Below, piece by piece: positions 37,282 to 47,914 of a stretch of 64,000 bases of DNA. This stretch comes from Melioribacteraceae bacterium. Lineage in GTDB: Bacteria; Bacteroidota; Ignavibacteria; Ignavibacteriales; Melioribacteraceae. Position 1 is the first letter of the stretch, and the number at the start of each line of letters is the position of its first letter. The position numbers and the translations under genes were made by a program. The notes under the pieces are model-generated. The model saw nothing but the letters and a program-made list of their open reading frames with translations, did no database searches and was not told the DNA's origin. The DNA lies in the NCBI GenBank assembly GCA_021647785.1, contig JAKIUC010000016.1:10915-74914 (forward strand). The letters are read 5' to 3'.

Positions 37282-38724
37282 CTATTCCCTTACCAGCAAA
37301 GCAACCGTCTCAATATGAAAAGTATGTGGAAACATATCAACAGGTCGTACCTTTATTAATTTGTAACCAGCCTCTGCAAGCAGCTTTATGTCGCGAGCCT
37401 GTGTTGTTGGGTTGCAGCTAACATAAACTATTTTGGATGGTGAAAGAGCAATTAAATCCTTCACCGTTTTAGGATTCATTCCGGCTCTTGGAGGGTCCAG
37501 CAAAATTACATCTGGTTTTGGAATTTGCTTGTTATCTAAAATTGAAAGAAATGACTTATTCAAATCTGCTTGTATATGTGTTACGTTTTCAATCTTATTT
37601 AATATATTATTTGAGTGAGCATCTTCAATAGAACTATCTACGGTCTCAAAGGAATATACATTTTCACAATTTTTTGAAACATAAATTGATATTGTTCCAG
37701 CACCAGAATATAGATCATAAACAACTTCGTCTCCCTTTAGGTCAGCATAATCTAATGCAATTTTATAAAGATTTGCTGCTTGCGAAGTATTTGTTTGGAA
37801 GAACGAGTTTGCACTAATTCTAAATTTGTAATCGCCAATAAGGTCGTATATATATCCATCGCCAAAATAATTAATCTCAAAATCACCATAAGCGGTTTTC
37901 CCTTTTTTAAGATTAATATTATTTACAATTGTAGTAATACTCGGAACCACCTCTATCAACTTGGATGAATATTCCTCCATCCATTCCTCATTCTGAGATG
38001 AAGTAACAAGATTAACCATCAAATCATTTGTATGTGAGGCTTGCTTAATAACGAGATGTCGTAAATATCCTACGTGGGTCTTGGTTGAAAAGATAGTAGC
38101 ATTTTTCGATTTAAAAAACTTACGAGTAAAATTCATAATTTTATTACTCTCTTCCGATTGAAGAAAACACTCGTTTAAATCTAACACTTTATTAAAAATT
38201 CTTGGAATATGTAAACCTAACGCAAAGTTGCTATCAAGAATCTCTTTCTCACTTCCAATTTCCTCTTTTGTTAGCCAGCGTTTATCGGCAAAAGAGAACT
38301 CCATTTTATTACGATAGAAGAAAATATTTTCTGCCTCAACAATTGGTTCCATTTCAAAATTTTCAAAACCACCAAGTCGTTCAAAAATATCACGAACTTG
38401 TTCCTCTTTATATTTTGCTTGCACTTCGTACTTTAAGTCCTGTTGTTTACACCCTCCGCAAATTCCAAAATAGGAACACTTAGCCTCCGTTCTATCTTTG
38501 GATGGAACTAAAACTTCCTCAACTGTTGCCTCTGCATAGGAACGTTTTTTTCTTCTTATCAATGCTTTAACCCTATCTCCTGGATAAGAGCCATTTACAA
38601 AAACAACAAACTTTTTTCCTGCCTCGGCTAACTCATCGTTATCTTCAATAGGCAGCTTACAAATACCTTTCCCTTCAAATGCGTAACTCTCAATATCAAA
38701 TTCTAAAATCTCACCTTTTTTCAT
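37282..38724 (-). CDS. rlmD: 23S rRNA (uracil-5-)-methyltransferase, RumA/RlmD family
   Basis: TRAM-like N-terminus, Fe-S cysteines CSYFGICGGCKQQ, SAM motif DLYSGAGT, catalytic YVSCNPTT. ATG 38724 preferred (AAGGA SD) over TTG 38751. Confidence 0.88.
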   Translation of the reverse strand: MKKGEILEFDIESYAFEGKGICKLPIEDNDELAEAGKKFVVFVNGSYPGDRVKALIRRKKRSYAEATVEEVLVPSKDRTEAKCSYFGICGGCKQQDLKYEVQAKYKEEQVRDIFERLGGFENFEMEPIVEAENIFFYRNKMEFSFADKRWLTKEEIGSEKEILDSNFALGLHIPRIFNKVLDLNECFLQSEESNKIMNFTRKFFKSKNATIFSTKTHVGYLRHLVIKQASHTNDLMVNLVTSSQNEEWMEEYSSKLIEVVPSITTIVNNINLKKGKTAYGDFEINYFGDGYIYDLIGDYKFRISANSFFQTNTSQAANLYKIALDYADLKGDEVVYDLYSGAGTISIYVSKNCENVYSFETVDSSIEDAHSNNILNKIENVTHIQADLNKSFLSILDNKQIPKPDVILLDPPRAGMNPKTVKDLIALSPSKIVYVSCNPTTQARDIKLLAEAGYKLIKVRPVDMFPHTFHIETVALLVRE

Positions 38725-38891
38725 ACTTATCCTTATAATCCAAATCTTCAAATTTTAAACTTAACAAAATTATTATTATTTGTTATTGTGTATACCTAAG
38801 TATCTATATTGAAAACATAGAAGGCTTATGCAGAGCAATTTACAGAACTGAGATAGAAATTTACCGCTATGGACTGTTGCACAATAGGGGG

Positions 38892-40955
38892 TTAGTCAAA
38901 CATCAACCAGGATACACCAAGCCGTAAAGTAATAGGTTGTTTGAAATAGTACGGAGCAATGTAGTATTCGGTATCGAGAACATTTTCTAAAATTACAAAT
39001 ATTGTTGCAAGTTCTTGAATTGTGCCAGCCATATATAAATCAAGTTGAAACGAGGGTGGAACATCTGAGTACTGTACCATTGGGGTTAGTTCACTTGTCA
39101 TTTGTAATAGCTTTTCAAAGTCATAAACAAAAGGAGTTTGTCCGCCAGTAAATCGATAATTTATTCCAGCTTTTACATCAAGATTATTATTAAAGAGTTT
39201 ATCCAAATAGTATAATTTTCCTGCAAGTGTGTAATCTGGTGAAGCATAAACTCTTTCCTCTCTAGAGCTGAAATAGTAGTTGAAATTATTGGAGAACAAT
39301 AGTTTCCATAATTTTATAGTCAGACTAAAGTTAACACCACTATTTTTAATATTCTCTCTATTAAAAGATGACAATTCATTTATTAACAATGAATCATTAC
39401 TGCCACCATTAGTATATGGAATTAAACTATTTTTAGATGAATAATCAAAATAGGAAATACCGCCAGAAATTAAACCACTACTATATTTTAAGCCAACTTC
39501 CAGTACTTCATTATCAGAAGGCTGAGAAGATGATGTTCGCAAATAAAATGGGAATGAACCATAATTGCTACTTTCCAAAAATGATTTTGGCTTTTGAAAC
39601 CGAGAGACTCCCAAATAATATGTTACACTATTGTTTATTGTTCCAGTAATATCAAGCCCATAACCCAAAAGAATATCTCCATTAAAAACTATCATCTTCC
39701 CAAAGATAGATGGAACAAATAATTTAGAAATTGAATTGCTAAGTTTTCCTGAAAAGGATAAAATGTTATCTCTCTGGTTATTTGAAGAATAATTAAAATC
39801 CATACCCGTAGTTTCGTAGTTAGTCACTAAGTCAAACGATAATTTGTTTGCTTCAAAATAATTTTGAAACCTTACTCCAAAAGTTTGAAAGAAATTATCG
39901 CGAGCAATAATAGGAATATTTGAAAAAAGGCTATCGCTATTTTGTAAATATTTCTGTGAAGTAGATTTATAATATAATGTTAAATCTGATTTAGAATATG
40001 GAATAAGTGTAGTGAGAACTTTAACATTGGCATTATTGTTATATGTTAATTGATATCGTGATGAAGTCCGAGTACCAATATCATACTTATAAAGTGCAGC
40101 AGAGATGTTATCATTTTGAAATGTGTTAGTATCAAGTCCTCCAAAGAGAGCAAGGGTATCATAGGTATAAAAGTAATTTGCCGTAATATTTATTTTATCA
40201 TTTACTAAGTATGCAATCTTTGCATCAAGTTTCCACGATTCGTAATCACTGTTTTCAAATCTCGAATCAATTGCAGAATTAGAAACACCAATTCCAAAGT
40301 TTAACTTTTCTGTGATATGCGTGTGAAAGAGAACATCAACAAAACCCTCGTCATAGCTGGCTTGATAAAACTTTAAACGTGTAACTGCACGTGAGGAATA
40401 ATTAAAACGCGAATGCATATTTACACTAACAGGATTATTATATGGACTATAGAGAAAACCTCGAGTTAAAGTAACCACCTCAAGTGAATCGATTCTTTCA
40501 CTATTAAGTTTATTTAAATCGTAAGCATTTTGCCATCTATTGTTTAGTAAAACCCCATCTCTATTGTATGAAATGTTAGAGAATCCAAGCCCATAAAACA
40601 TTTGCTCGTTAGGCTGACCAAGTGAACCTAAGTCCTGAACAAAGCCAAAAGGTACGTAAGTAAAAATATCTGAAAGATTTCTATAGTCCTCGGTAGAAAA
40701 ATCTTTGTGTTTAATTTTATTTGAGTAATCATTGTTTGAAGCAAACTCTATTGATTCAATGAACAAAAGTTCTTTGTTTTTTTGCTGCGAGATAAGTGTG
40801 TCAGATTTGCTGAGGGAATCAACAATTACCAAAGATAAAGTGTCCAGACTGTTATCCCCTTTGTTTTCAAGGGTATCAGAGTTAGTCAGAATAAATATTT
40901 CTGCTGCAAAAGAATTAACAAGTAATAATATTAATATTAAAATAACTGATTTCAT
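38892..40955 (-). CDS. outer-membrane beta-barrel, TonB-dependent-receptor-like
   Basis: Signal peptide. Plug-like segment (NLSDIFTYVPFGFVQ...DGVLLNN...IDSLEVVTLTRGFLYS). Long alternating beta-strand-like sequence. Substrate unknown. Confidence 0.6.
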   Translation of the reverse strand: MKSVILILILLLVNSFAAEIFILTNSDTLENKGDNSLDTLSLVIVDSLSKSDTLISQQKNKELLFIESIEFASNNDYSNKIKHKDFSTEDYRNLSDIFTYVPFGFVQDLGSLGQPNEQMFYGLGFSNISYNRDGVLLNNRWQNAYDLNKLNSERIDSLEVVTLTRGFLYSPYNNPVSVNMHSRFNYSSRAVTRLKFYQASYDEGFVDVLFHTHITEKLNFGIGVSNSAIDSRFENSDYESWKLDAKIAYLVNDKINITANYFYTYDTLALFGGLDTNTFQNDNISAALYKYDIGTRTSSRYQLTYNNNANVKVLTTLIPYSKSDLTLYYKSTSQKYLQNSDSLFSNIPIIARDNFFQTFGVRFQNYFEANKLSFDLVTNYETTGMDFNYSSNNQRDNILSFSGKLSNSISKLFVPSIFGKMIVFNGDILLGYGLDITGTINNSVTYYLGVSRFQKPKSFLESSNYGSFPFYLRTSSSQPSDNEVLEVGLKYSSGLISGGISYFDYSSKNSLIPYTNGGSNDSLLINELSSFNRENIKNSGVNFSLTIKLWKLLFSNNFNYYFSSREERVYASPDYTLAGKLYYLDKLFNNNLDVKAGINYRFTGGQTPFVYDFEKLLQMTSELTPMVQYSDVPPSFQLDLYMAGTIQELATIFVILENVLDTEYYIAPYYFKQPITLRLGVSWLMFD

Positions 40956-41135
40956 AAATTACGACCGTAATAATACTCTTTGTTTATAGTGCAAAGTTAC
41001 TAATAAACTTACTATATGCCTATAATCATTGACGAAAGAGATACCCCCGAAAAAATATTATTGTTTTATTTTAAAATATTTTTTTATAAGTTACATACAA
41101 CATTCATTAAATCCTTAACAAACACAGGAAAAAAC

Positions 41136-41567
41136 ATGGCGAAAGCAAAAAAAGCTGCTCCTAAAAAAGCTGCGGCAAAGAAAGTTGCTCCTAAAAAAGC
41201 TGTTGCAAAGAAAGCTGCTCCTAAAAAAGTTGTAGCAAAAAAAGCTGCTCCTAAAAAAGTTGTAGCAAAAGTTGATCCAAAAAAACCTTTAACTAAAGCT
41301 CAAATAGTTGACCATCTTGCTGGTAAACTTGATGTTACAAAAAAACAATCAGCAATGTTTTTAGATGAGCTAGCAATGTTAGCTGGTAAAAATGCTAAAA
41401 AAACATTTACGATTCCTGGAATTGGTAAAGTTTCAACTGCTGTAAGAAAAGCAAGAAAAGGACGTAACCCTCAAACTGGCGAAGAGATTAAAATTGCTAG
41501 AAAATCTGTAGTTAAGTTTAAAGTTGGTAAAGCTTTACAAGATGCCGTTTACCCACCAAAGAAATAA
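41136..41567 (+). CDS. HU/IHF-family DNA-binding protein with N-terminal lysine/alanine-rich (H1-like) repeats
   Basis: MAKAKKA + 4 x (APKKxxAKKx) from 30-bp tandem repeats (about 41154-41276), then LTKAQIVDHLAGKLDVTKKQSAMFLDEL...RKGRNPQTGEEIKIARKSVVKFKVGKAL HU core. The ORF-track start 41016 lacks support. Confidence 0.85.
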   Translation: MAKAKKAAPKKAAAKKVAPKKAVAKKAAPKKVVAKKAAPKKVVAKVDPKKPLTKAQIVDHLAGKLDVTKKQSAMFLDELAMLAGKNAKKTFTIPGIGKVSTAVRKARKGRNPQTGEEIKIARKSVVKFKVGKALQDAVYPPKK

Positions 41568-41587
41568 TTTAATTTCTTTGTATAATT

Positions 41588-41618
41588 AAACCCATCAGTT
41601 ATTGGTGGGTTTTTTTTT
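41588..41618 (+). terminator. intrinsic terminator
   Basis: AAACCCATCA-GTTAT-TGGTGGGTTTTTTTTT. Overlaps the 3' end of the convergent minus-strand ORF. Confidence 0.8.
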
Positions 41619-42137
41619 GTCCTTTTTGCTTTTTGCTAAAAGTTCTTTGTTAGCGTTACTTAATTCTTTTGCTATAGAAAGAACATCGTTATATACTTTC
41701 TCTTTTACATTACTTAATATTATTGTAATTAATTTGTTGTGGTTTTTCATGTGTGGACTAATGCCTACAACAACATCGTTAACAGAATTATGAACTAATA
41801 TTGGTTTACCAGGAGTACCGTAAAGAGAGCCACCCTCAATTAAGTCTATGTCTTGAAGATTAATTTCAACTATTTTATTTCTGTTAAAATAATCTGAGCA
41901 AATCATTTTCTCAGTATTAATATCTATCCTATATGGAAAGAGTTTATAAGAACGGAAATAATGTCTGTTCAATACTATTATGATTAGTAAATTAAGTAGG
42001 AACGGAAATAAATAGTACCACTGCTGAAACATATATGAGAAAGAGCTAACAAGATAAAGTGCCAAAAATAATGTAGCAGGAATATTGGCATAACGATAAA
42101 TTAGTTTTGAAATAAAAGAATACTTAAATGTTATCAT
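41595..42137 (-). CDS. hypothetical membrane protein (two N-terminal TM segments plus soluble domain)
   Basis: ORF continuity. ATG 42137 lies just after the ccmB-like stop. No family recognised. Confidence 0.5.
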   Translation of the reverse strand: MITFKYSFISKLIYRYANIPATLFLALYLVSSFSYMFQQWYYLFPFLLNLLIIIVLNRHYFRSYKLFPYRIDINTEKMICSDYFNRNKIVEINLQDIDLIEGGSLYGTPGKPILVHNSVNDVVVGISPHMKNHNKLITIILSNVKEKVYNDVLSIAKELSNANKELLAKSKKDKKKPTNN

Positions 42138-42141
42138 TTGT

Positions 42142-42801
42142 TTAATCTTTCCAAATAAAATCAAAAAGCATGTATGAAGCTGAAAGCATAATTACATCGT
42201 AGCAAATTAGAACTGCTAACTCTACGTATGCTTCTGTTATTGTTTTTCCATCAATTGCAAATTTTGTAAGTTCAAGAAGTGTTAAAATTAGTGGTAAGAG
42301 TATTGGGAAAGCTAACACTGGGTAGAGTGTGCCCTTTGCACTTGCTTTAGAAATGATGGCTGCAATAATTGTTGAAGAGACTGCTATACCAAAACTCCCG
42401 AAGAAAGTGGCTAAGAAAAAGAGTCCCCAATTTGCAATTATAAATGAATCGAACAAGAGTGAATATAAAACAATTATTGAAAAATTCATTAGGTAAACAA
42501 GAAGAACATTAAAGAGTAATTTTCCTGAAAATATAGTTGATGGCTTCGCTAACAAGTGAAGTGTCATTGTTGTTCCACGTTCTTCTTCAGAGACAAAAGC
42601 CCTTGATAAACCCGACATTGCTGAAAAAAATATTACTACCCAAAGAAGTCCGCCAGTTAAATACTCTGAAATCCTTTCCTGACCTATAGAAAAGAGAATT
42701 ACACTTATTGTAACAAGTATAAACATAGCCAAAGCATTTATTGCATAACGAGTTCTTAACTCCGACTGCCAATCTTTTTTGAATAACGAATAAGATTTCA
42801 T
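42142..42801 (-). CDS. ccmB: CcmB-like ABC exporter permease
   Basis: 219 aa, 6 TM. Resembles heme exporter B (LLWVVIFFSAMSGLSRAFVSEEERGT). Follows a CcmA-like ATPase. No ccmC in the window, so the substrate is uncertain. Confidence 0.6.
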   Translation of the reverse strand: MKSYSLFKKDWQSELRTRYAINALAMFILVTISVILFSIGQERISEYLTGGLLWVVIFFSAMSGLSRAFVSEEERGTTMTLHLLAKPSTIFSGKLLFNVLLVYLMNFSIIVLYSLLFDSFIIANWGLFFLATFFGSFGIAVSSTIIAAIISKASAKGTLYPVLAFPILLPLILTLLELTKFAIDGKTITEAYVELAVLICYDVIMLSASYMLFDFIWKD

Positions 42802-42802
42802 T

Positions 42803-43471
42803 TTATACTTTATCCTTTACTCTTGTTTCTAATTGTAAATAGTCCTCAACGTGCAGAGTAGTTTTGCATAATGCTAAATCGCTATCTTCATTAGAGGCAA
42901 GTATAATCAACTTATCTTTCGATTCTTCTTCAATTAATTTGTAAACAACCTCTTTCCCTTTATTATCAAGGTTGGAAGTAGGTTCATCAAAAATTAAAAT
43001 ACTTGGATTATGTATTAATGCAAAAATAAATTTAATTCTTTGCTTCATTCCGGAAGAATATCCTTTTAGCAAATCTTTTCTTCTATCGTATAAATTAAAG
43101 TCATCAAGAAATGATTTAATCTTTTCTTTGTTGGGGTTTAAGCCTCTAATACTCATGGAGTGAAGTAGATTCTCCTCGGCTGAAAATTCATCATATAATA
43201 TTAAGTAGGGGGATACAAATCCAATATGTTTGTGGAGTTCTTCAGAGATTACTTCTGCTTCGTTGAATTGGTGAATAACCTTACCACTACTGGGGGATAA
43301 GACACCTGAAACAATTTTTGCGAGTGTTGATTTTCCAGAACCATTGCTTCCTGCAAAACCATAAATATTTCCACTACTAAATTCTGCATTAATATCTTTA
43401 AATATTAATCTTCTTCCAAAAGACTTTGTTAGATTTTGTAATGTTAGAGAATAACTACTCATAAATTTCAA
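42803..43471 (-). CDS. ccmA: ABC transporter ATP-binding protein (CcmA-like)
   Basis: Walker A GSNGSGKST, signature YSSGMKQR, Walker B ILIFDEP. Confidence 0.75.
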   Translation of the reverse strand: MKFMSSYSLTLQNLTKSFGRRLIFKDINAEFSSGNIYGFAGSNGSGKSTLAKIVSGVLSPSSGKVIHQFNEAEVISEELHKHIGFVSPYLILYDEFSAEENLLHSMSIRGLNPNKEKIKSFLDDFNLYDRRKDLLKGYSSGMKQRIKFIFALIHNPSILIFDEPTSNLDNKGKEVVYKLIEEESKDKLIILASNEDSDLALCKTTLHVEDYLQLETRVKDKV

Positions 43472-45186
43472 TTATTAATAATGGCGAGTTTACCTTTAAC
43501 AAGTTCACCATCCGATTCAGTAATATAAATATATATTCCGCTTGGAACATTATTCCCGTTGTTATCCTTTCCATCCCAACGTACAACTATTTTTTCACTA
43601 TTGTATATCTGTAGATTGTCGCTAAAAATTAAATTCATACTTGTGCTATAAATAGTTAGCTTGGCAATTCCATATTGGCTTAATCTTGTTGGAAAGAAAA
43701 CAAAGCTATTTTTAGAATAATTAAATGGCTGTGGGTATGCGAAATCAATCTCGTTACGAGTTATAGTAGTACCATTAACTACTTCATTATTAAATATATT
43801 CGATTCAAATAAATACTCATTGTTTTCACTTTCAACTTTAGAGTAATAACCTCCAATAATTTCGGTGCTTCCATCTTCCCCAGTTGTCATAAGGCTATAC
43901 TCATATTCAATTACATCGAACGGGGATTTTGCTGCGTTTGCTATATCGTAGTTTGTTATTATACTTATTAGAGTGTCATTTACACCAGATGAACTTAAAT
44001 CGAAAACCACATAATTATTTGCAAGTGCTTCTGCAGTCATCATATAAGTTTTTTTTGGCGAGTTATAGTTGTATGAAGCAAGTGGTTTAACAAGTGGATA
44101 ATTTATGGCTTCAGAAAAATATTTGTTTTCTTTTGTACGGTATCCAGTAAAGTAGAGCCATTTCCCAAATTCACTGAACATTGTTTTCATAGACATCCCA
44201 TTCTCTACTATGGCAAGGTTTATAGCTTCAATTGCAGTACGGCTTGGGTCTCTCATCAATTCCCAACTACGTTTTATTAAATCAAATCCTTTATTAGCAT
44301 TACCTTCTTTTTGTTCAAAATGTTCTTTCAAAAAGATATTCCACAAAACTCTTTCGTATCCTTCTGCAGAACTACATGAAGACATATAAGTAAATCTTCT
44401 ATCAGGCTTCTTAAAGAATGGAGGTAAATAAAAATAGTAATCATTAATACTATCGTAAACAAACTCCTCCATGGCAGTAGCAGAAAGTTCATAATAGTAT
44501 GTATCACATCCAATGTTATCACGATAATTACCAATTTGAATTGCATGATGAAACTCATGAGCAGCAGTTACTTTCGCTCCCAAAATACCAGGCGTGGGAA
44601 CATTCATTTTATTATCTATTATTATATAACTTTTTGATTTTCCTTCCCCGATGCTCTCCCACTCTGTATATCCATATAACCCACCTCCAAGCATTGATAT
44701 ATATACATCATATAAATCATCTCCTCCATCAATTCCATCTGAAGGGGGTACATCATATCCAAGAATATTAATTTCAAAATTATATGATGAATCGAAAGCT
44801 ATCGCGAGAGAATCGACACTAAGTTGAATTGTGTTTTTACTTCCATTAAAATAATCCGGAGCGTGTATTCCCGTTGTGTCGTAGTGAATTCTAAAAATTC
44901 CGGATGGGGAAACAATGCTTGTTGCTCTATCAGGGCGACCTAAAATATTTCGAATTATATTTTGTTGTTCAAAACTGAACTCATCAAAATAAAAATTTGC
45001 ACTCGCTACTATTCCAAAACCACATTTTGTTGGTTGTGTATTAGCTGTAATGGAATGTGGTTCTTTTGCTTGTGCTTCTGTTGGCTGCATTGAGATTATA
45101 GAATTAAATAATGACTCTAAGTTCTGTTTTGAATCCTGTGCAGAAAGAAGAGTTGTGACAAATATTAAAATCAACAAATATTTCAT
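43468..45186 (-). CDS. secreted HExxH zinc metalloprotease-like protein with T9SS/FlgD-Ig-like C-terminal domain
   Basis: Signal peptide. TAAHEFHHAIQ. C-terminal YPQPFNYSKNSFVFF...VPSGIYIYITESDGELVKGKLAIINN. Confidence 0.65.
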   Translation of the reverse strand: MKYLLILIFVTTLLSAQDSKQNLESLFNSIISMQPTEAQAKEPHSITANTQPTKCGFGIVASANFYFDEFSFEQQNIIRNILGRPDRATSIVSPSGIFRIHYDTTGIHAPDYFNGSKNTIQLSVDSLAIAFDSSYNFEINILGYDVPPSDGIDGGDDLYDVYISMLGGGLYGYTEWESIGEGKSKSYIIIDNKMNVPTPGILGAKVTAAHEFHHAIQIGNYRDNIGCDTYYYELSATAMEEFVYDSINDYYFYLPPFFKKPDRRFTYMSSCSSAEGYERVLWNIFLKEHFEQKEGNANKGFDLIKRSWELMRDPSRTAIEAINLAIVENGMSMKTMFSEFGKWLYFTGYRTKENKYFSEAINYPLVKPLASYNYNSPKKTYMMTAEALANNYVVFDLSSSGVNDTLISIITNYDIANAAKSPFDVIEYEYSLMTTGEDGSTEIIGGYYSKVESENNEYLFESNIFNNEVVNGTTITRNEIDFAYPQPFNYSKNSFVFFPTRLSQYGIAKLTIYSTSMNLIFSDNLQIYNSEKIVVRWDGKDNNGNNVPSGIYIYITESDGELVKGKLAIINN

Positions 45187-45644
45187 TTATTCCTCATACT
45201 CAATCTATGTTCTCTCCTTATCAGAGCCTCTTCGTACCGTTTCTTTTCACTATCCGATTCTGGAATGATTGGTTCCGATTTAACAGGCTTCCCCTCAGAG
45301 TTTAATCCAACAAAAGTTAAGTATGCAGAATTGGTATGGCGTTTGTTTCCTTTGGTATGATTTTCGGCACAGACAGAGACTCCCACTTCCATTGAGGAAT
45401 TAAAAACTCGATTTACTGAAGCAACTATTGTAACAACATCTCCCAATTTTATTGGATGATGAAAATCGATATTATCGACAGATGCAGTTACGCAAATTCT
45501 TCCAGCATGTTTAGATGAAGAGAGGGCTGCACAAATATCAATCCAGTGCATTAGCTGCCCGCCCAATAAATTACCTAATTGATTTGTATGCTGCGGCAAA
45601 ACCAATTCTGTCATAGTTATAATAGAGTTTGATACTGTTTTCAT
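45183..45644 (-). CDS. acyl-CoA thioesterase (hotdog fold, YciA-like)
   Basis: LVLPQHTNQLGNLLGGQLMHWIDICAA...VTASVDNIDFHHPIKLGD. Confidence 0.85.
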   Translation of the reverse strand: MKTVSNSIITMTELVLPQHTNQLGNLLGGQLMHWIDICAALSSSKHAGRICVTASVDNIDFHHPIKLGDVVTIVASVNRVFNSSMEVGVSVCAENHTKGNKRHTNSAYLTFVGLNSEGKPVKSEPIIPESDSEKKRYEEALIRREHRLSMRNK

Positions 45645-45657
45645 AATTATCTTTTAT

Positions 45658-46401
45658 TTATTCAAATGACATTTCGTCATACAAATTCTGAATTTCTGCA
45701 GTGAACTCTGAATCAGGGTACTTATTCAAAAAAAGTTTCATGTTTTCTACTGCGAGGGCAAACTGTTCTTTATCTAATAAAATTGTAATTTTACGATGAA
45801 GAGCAATTGGTGCATAGTCAGTGTCATGATAGGTTTCATACACTTTGGTGTAGTACTCCATGGAAGCATTATAGTACTCCATCTTCTCATATATTATAGC
45901 AGAGTTGTATAGTTTCTCAGCAAGTTTTAAATTTAATTCGTGAATTTTACGTTCAGCTTCTTCAACCTTAGCATCAATTGGGAAGTAGTCTATAAATGCT
46001 TGGAATTCAGACATAGCTTTCTTTGTATAACTTTGCTCTAACTGATAGGGTGGAGAGAGCTGATAGTAGGATTCTGCTAACATAAATTGTGATTGCGACA
46101 CATACTCACTTCCTTTAATATCTCTAATTAATTTGCTAAACTCATAAGCTGCAAGAAGAAATTGCTCATCCTTGAAGTAAGACATAGCGAGATAATACTG
46201 TGCATCATCATTTACAGTGTTTCCAGGAAATTGAAGAATAATTGATTGAAATTCTCTAGTGCTAAATTGATAGTCCCCATCTTCATACATCTCCATTGCA
46301 TAAGCTAAGTGCTCCTCAGCACTCATCATAGTTGTATCACTGCTTGATGAACATCCAAGCATTAAAAATAATATAAGTGCGAATCCAAATAATACTTTCA
46401 T
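45658..46401 (-). CDS. bamD: outer membrane protein assembly factor BamD (TPR lipoprotein)
   Basis: Lipobox [13 protein letters not shown]-like [40 protein letters not shown] 46401 preferred. Confidence 0.8.
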   Translation of the reverse strand: MKVLFGFALILFLMLGCSSSSDTTMMSAEEHLAYAMEMYEDGDYQFSTREFQSIILQFPGNTVNDDAQYYLAMSYFKDEQFLLAAYEFSKLIRDIKGSEYVSQSQFMLAESYYQLSPPYQLEQSYTKKAMSEFQAFIDYFPIDAKVEEAERKIHELNLKLAEKLYNSAIIYEKMEYYNASMEYYTKVYETYHDTDYAPIALHRKITILLDKEQFALAVENMKLFLNKYPDSEFTAEIQNLYDEMSFE

Positions 46402-46598
46402 TAAATCTTCCATTATTACAAAAATTAAAAAATAAATTTACTCAAATTTGCGAACTCATCAAATTAGATAAAGTTGCAAAATATATCCCTTATTCAGAAA
46501 GGGTTAAAAATTATAAAATTTTCATTTTTACTTTTAGTAAATCAAACTATTTTAATAGTTCAAAAAAATATTATATAGAATTCTATAAGGAAATAAAA

Positions 46599-47597
46599 AT
46601 GAGTGTTAACTTAAAAAGTAAGAACTTCTTAAAACTATTAGATTTTAACAAAGAAGAATTAAGATATTTATTAGATTTATCGAAAGAACTTAAAGCGGCA
46701 AAATATGCAGGGAAAGAGAGAAAAAAATTGGAGGGTAAAAATATTGCTTTAATATTTGAAAAAGCATCCACAAGAACTCGCTGTGCCTTTGAGGTTGCTG
46801 CTCTTGATCAGGGTGCACACACAACATATCTTGGACCTACAGGAAGTCAGATTGGGCATAAGGAATCGATGAAAGATACGGCTCGTGTTTTAAGCGGTAT
46901 GTACGATGGCATTGAGTATCGTGGATTTGGACAAGAAATAGTTGAGGAATTAGGAGAGTATTCCTCAGTTCCTGTTTGGAATGGATTAACAAACGAATAT
47001 CATCCAACGCAAATTTTGGCTGATTTATTAACTATGGAAGAACACTCCCCTAAGCAAATTGAAGAAGTGAGTTTTTGCTATCTCGGTGATGCACGTTATA
47101 ACATGGGTAATTCACTTTTGGTAGGTGGTGCTATTATGGGTATGGATGTAAGAATTTGTGCTCCGAACGGTTTTCAGCCAGACGATAAATTGGTAGCCCA
47201 ATGTTTAGAGATTGCAAAAGAATCCGGAGCAAATATTACAATTACAGCCAATGTTGAAGCGGGTGTTAAGAATGTTGACTTTCTCTACACAGATGTTTGG
47301 GTATCGATGGGTGAACCGGAAGAAGCCTGGAAAGAGAGAATTGAATTAATGAAACCATTTCAGATAAACAGCAAAGTGCTTGCTGTGACTGGAAATTCTG
47401 ATGTTAAATTTATGCACTGCTTGCCAGCCTTCCACAATAGAGAAACAGTAATGGGTGAAGATATATTTCAAAAATATGGAATGGATGGACTTGAAGTTAC
47501 AGATGATGTTTTTGAATCAAAGCACTCTATTGTTTTTGATGAAGCAGAAAATAGAATGCACACAATAAAAGCTGTGATGGTTGCTACTTTGGTGTAG
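46599..47597 (+). CDS. argF: ornithine carbamoyltransferase
   Basis: [32 protein letters not shown] motifs. ATG 46599 with AAGGAA SD. The ORF-track extension back to 46377 overlaps bamD and is not supported. Confidence 0.92.
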   Translation: MSVNLKSKNFLKLLDFNKEELRYLLDLSKELKAAKYAGKERKKLEGKNIALIFEKASTRTRCAFEVAALDQGAHTTYLGPTGSQIGHKESMKDTARVLSGMYDGIEYRGFGQEIVEELGEYSSVPVWNGLTNEYHPTQILADLLTMEEHSPKQIEEVSFCYLGDARYNMGNSLLVGGAIMGMDVRICAPNGFQPDDKLVAQCLEIAKESGANITITANVEAGVKNVDFLYTDVWVSMGEPEEAWKERIELMKPFQINSKVLAVTGNSDVKFMHCLPAFHNRETVMGEDIFQKYGMDGLEVTDDVFESKHSIVFDEAENRMHTIKAVMVATLV

Positions 47598-47914
47598 GGT
47601 TGATAAAACCAAGATAGGAGTGGTAAATGATAGAACTACCAATCACTTCATTTTGGTGTCGTTTCAAAAATGTATTGCCTTATTATTACTTAACATTGTC
47701 TCTCCTCTAAGGATGCTAGTTTACATTTAGAACAATAATTAATGACCGCAGAGCGGTCAAATGTTTGTAGAAAACTTTATGTAAAAAGAACAACCACATA
47801 GTGGTTGAATAGAAAACAGCATACATTCGTCAGAACATTGTTGACAATAGACTAGTATAAAATTATTTCTTGTATTACCAAACATTCTTTTTTAGGTTTG
47901 CATAGTTCTTTCAA

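Noticed and set aside
41016-41135. ORF-track N-terminal extension of the HU-like gene
   Set aside because: The extension is a hydrophobic, AT-rich artefact (FYFKIFFYKLHTTF). An ATG at 41136 starts the Lys/Ala repeat region typical of the mature protein.
41154-41276. 30-bp tandem repeat as a non-coding satellite
   Set aside because: It is in frame within the HU-like gene and encodes the KKAAPKK tail. It is reported as a coding feature instead.
46377-46598. ORF-track extension of argF back into bamD
   Set aside because: It overlaps the bamD start on the other strand and uses a non-ATG start. The conserved OTC sequence starts at [10 protein letters not shown] (ATG 46599), which has an AAGGAA SD.
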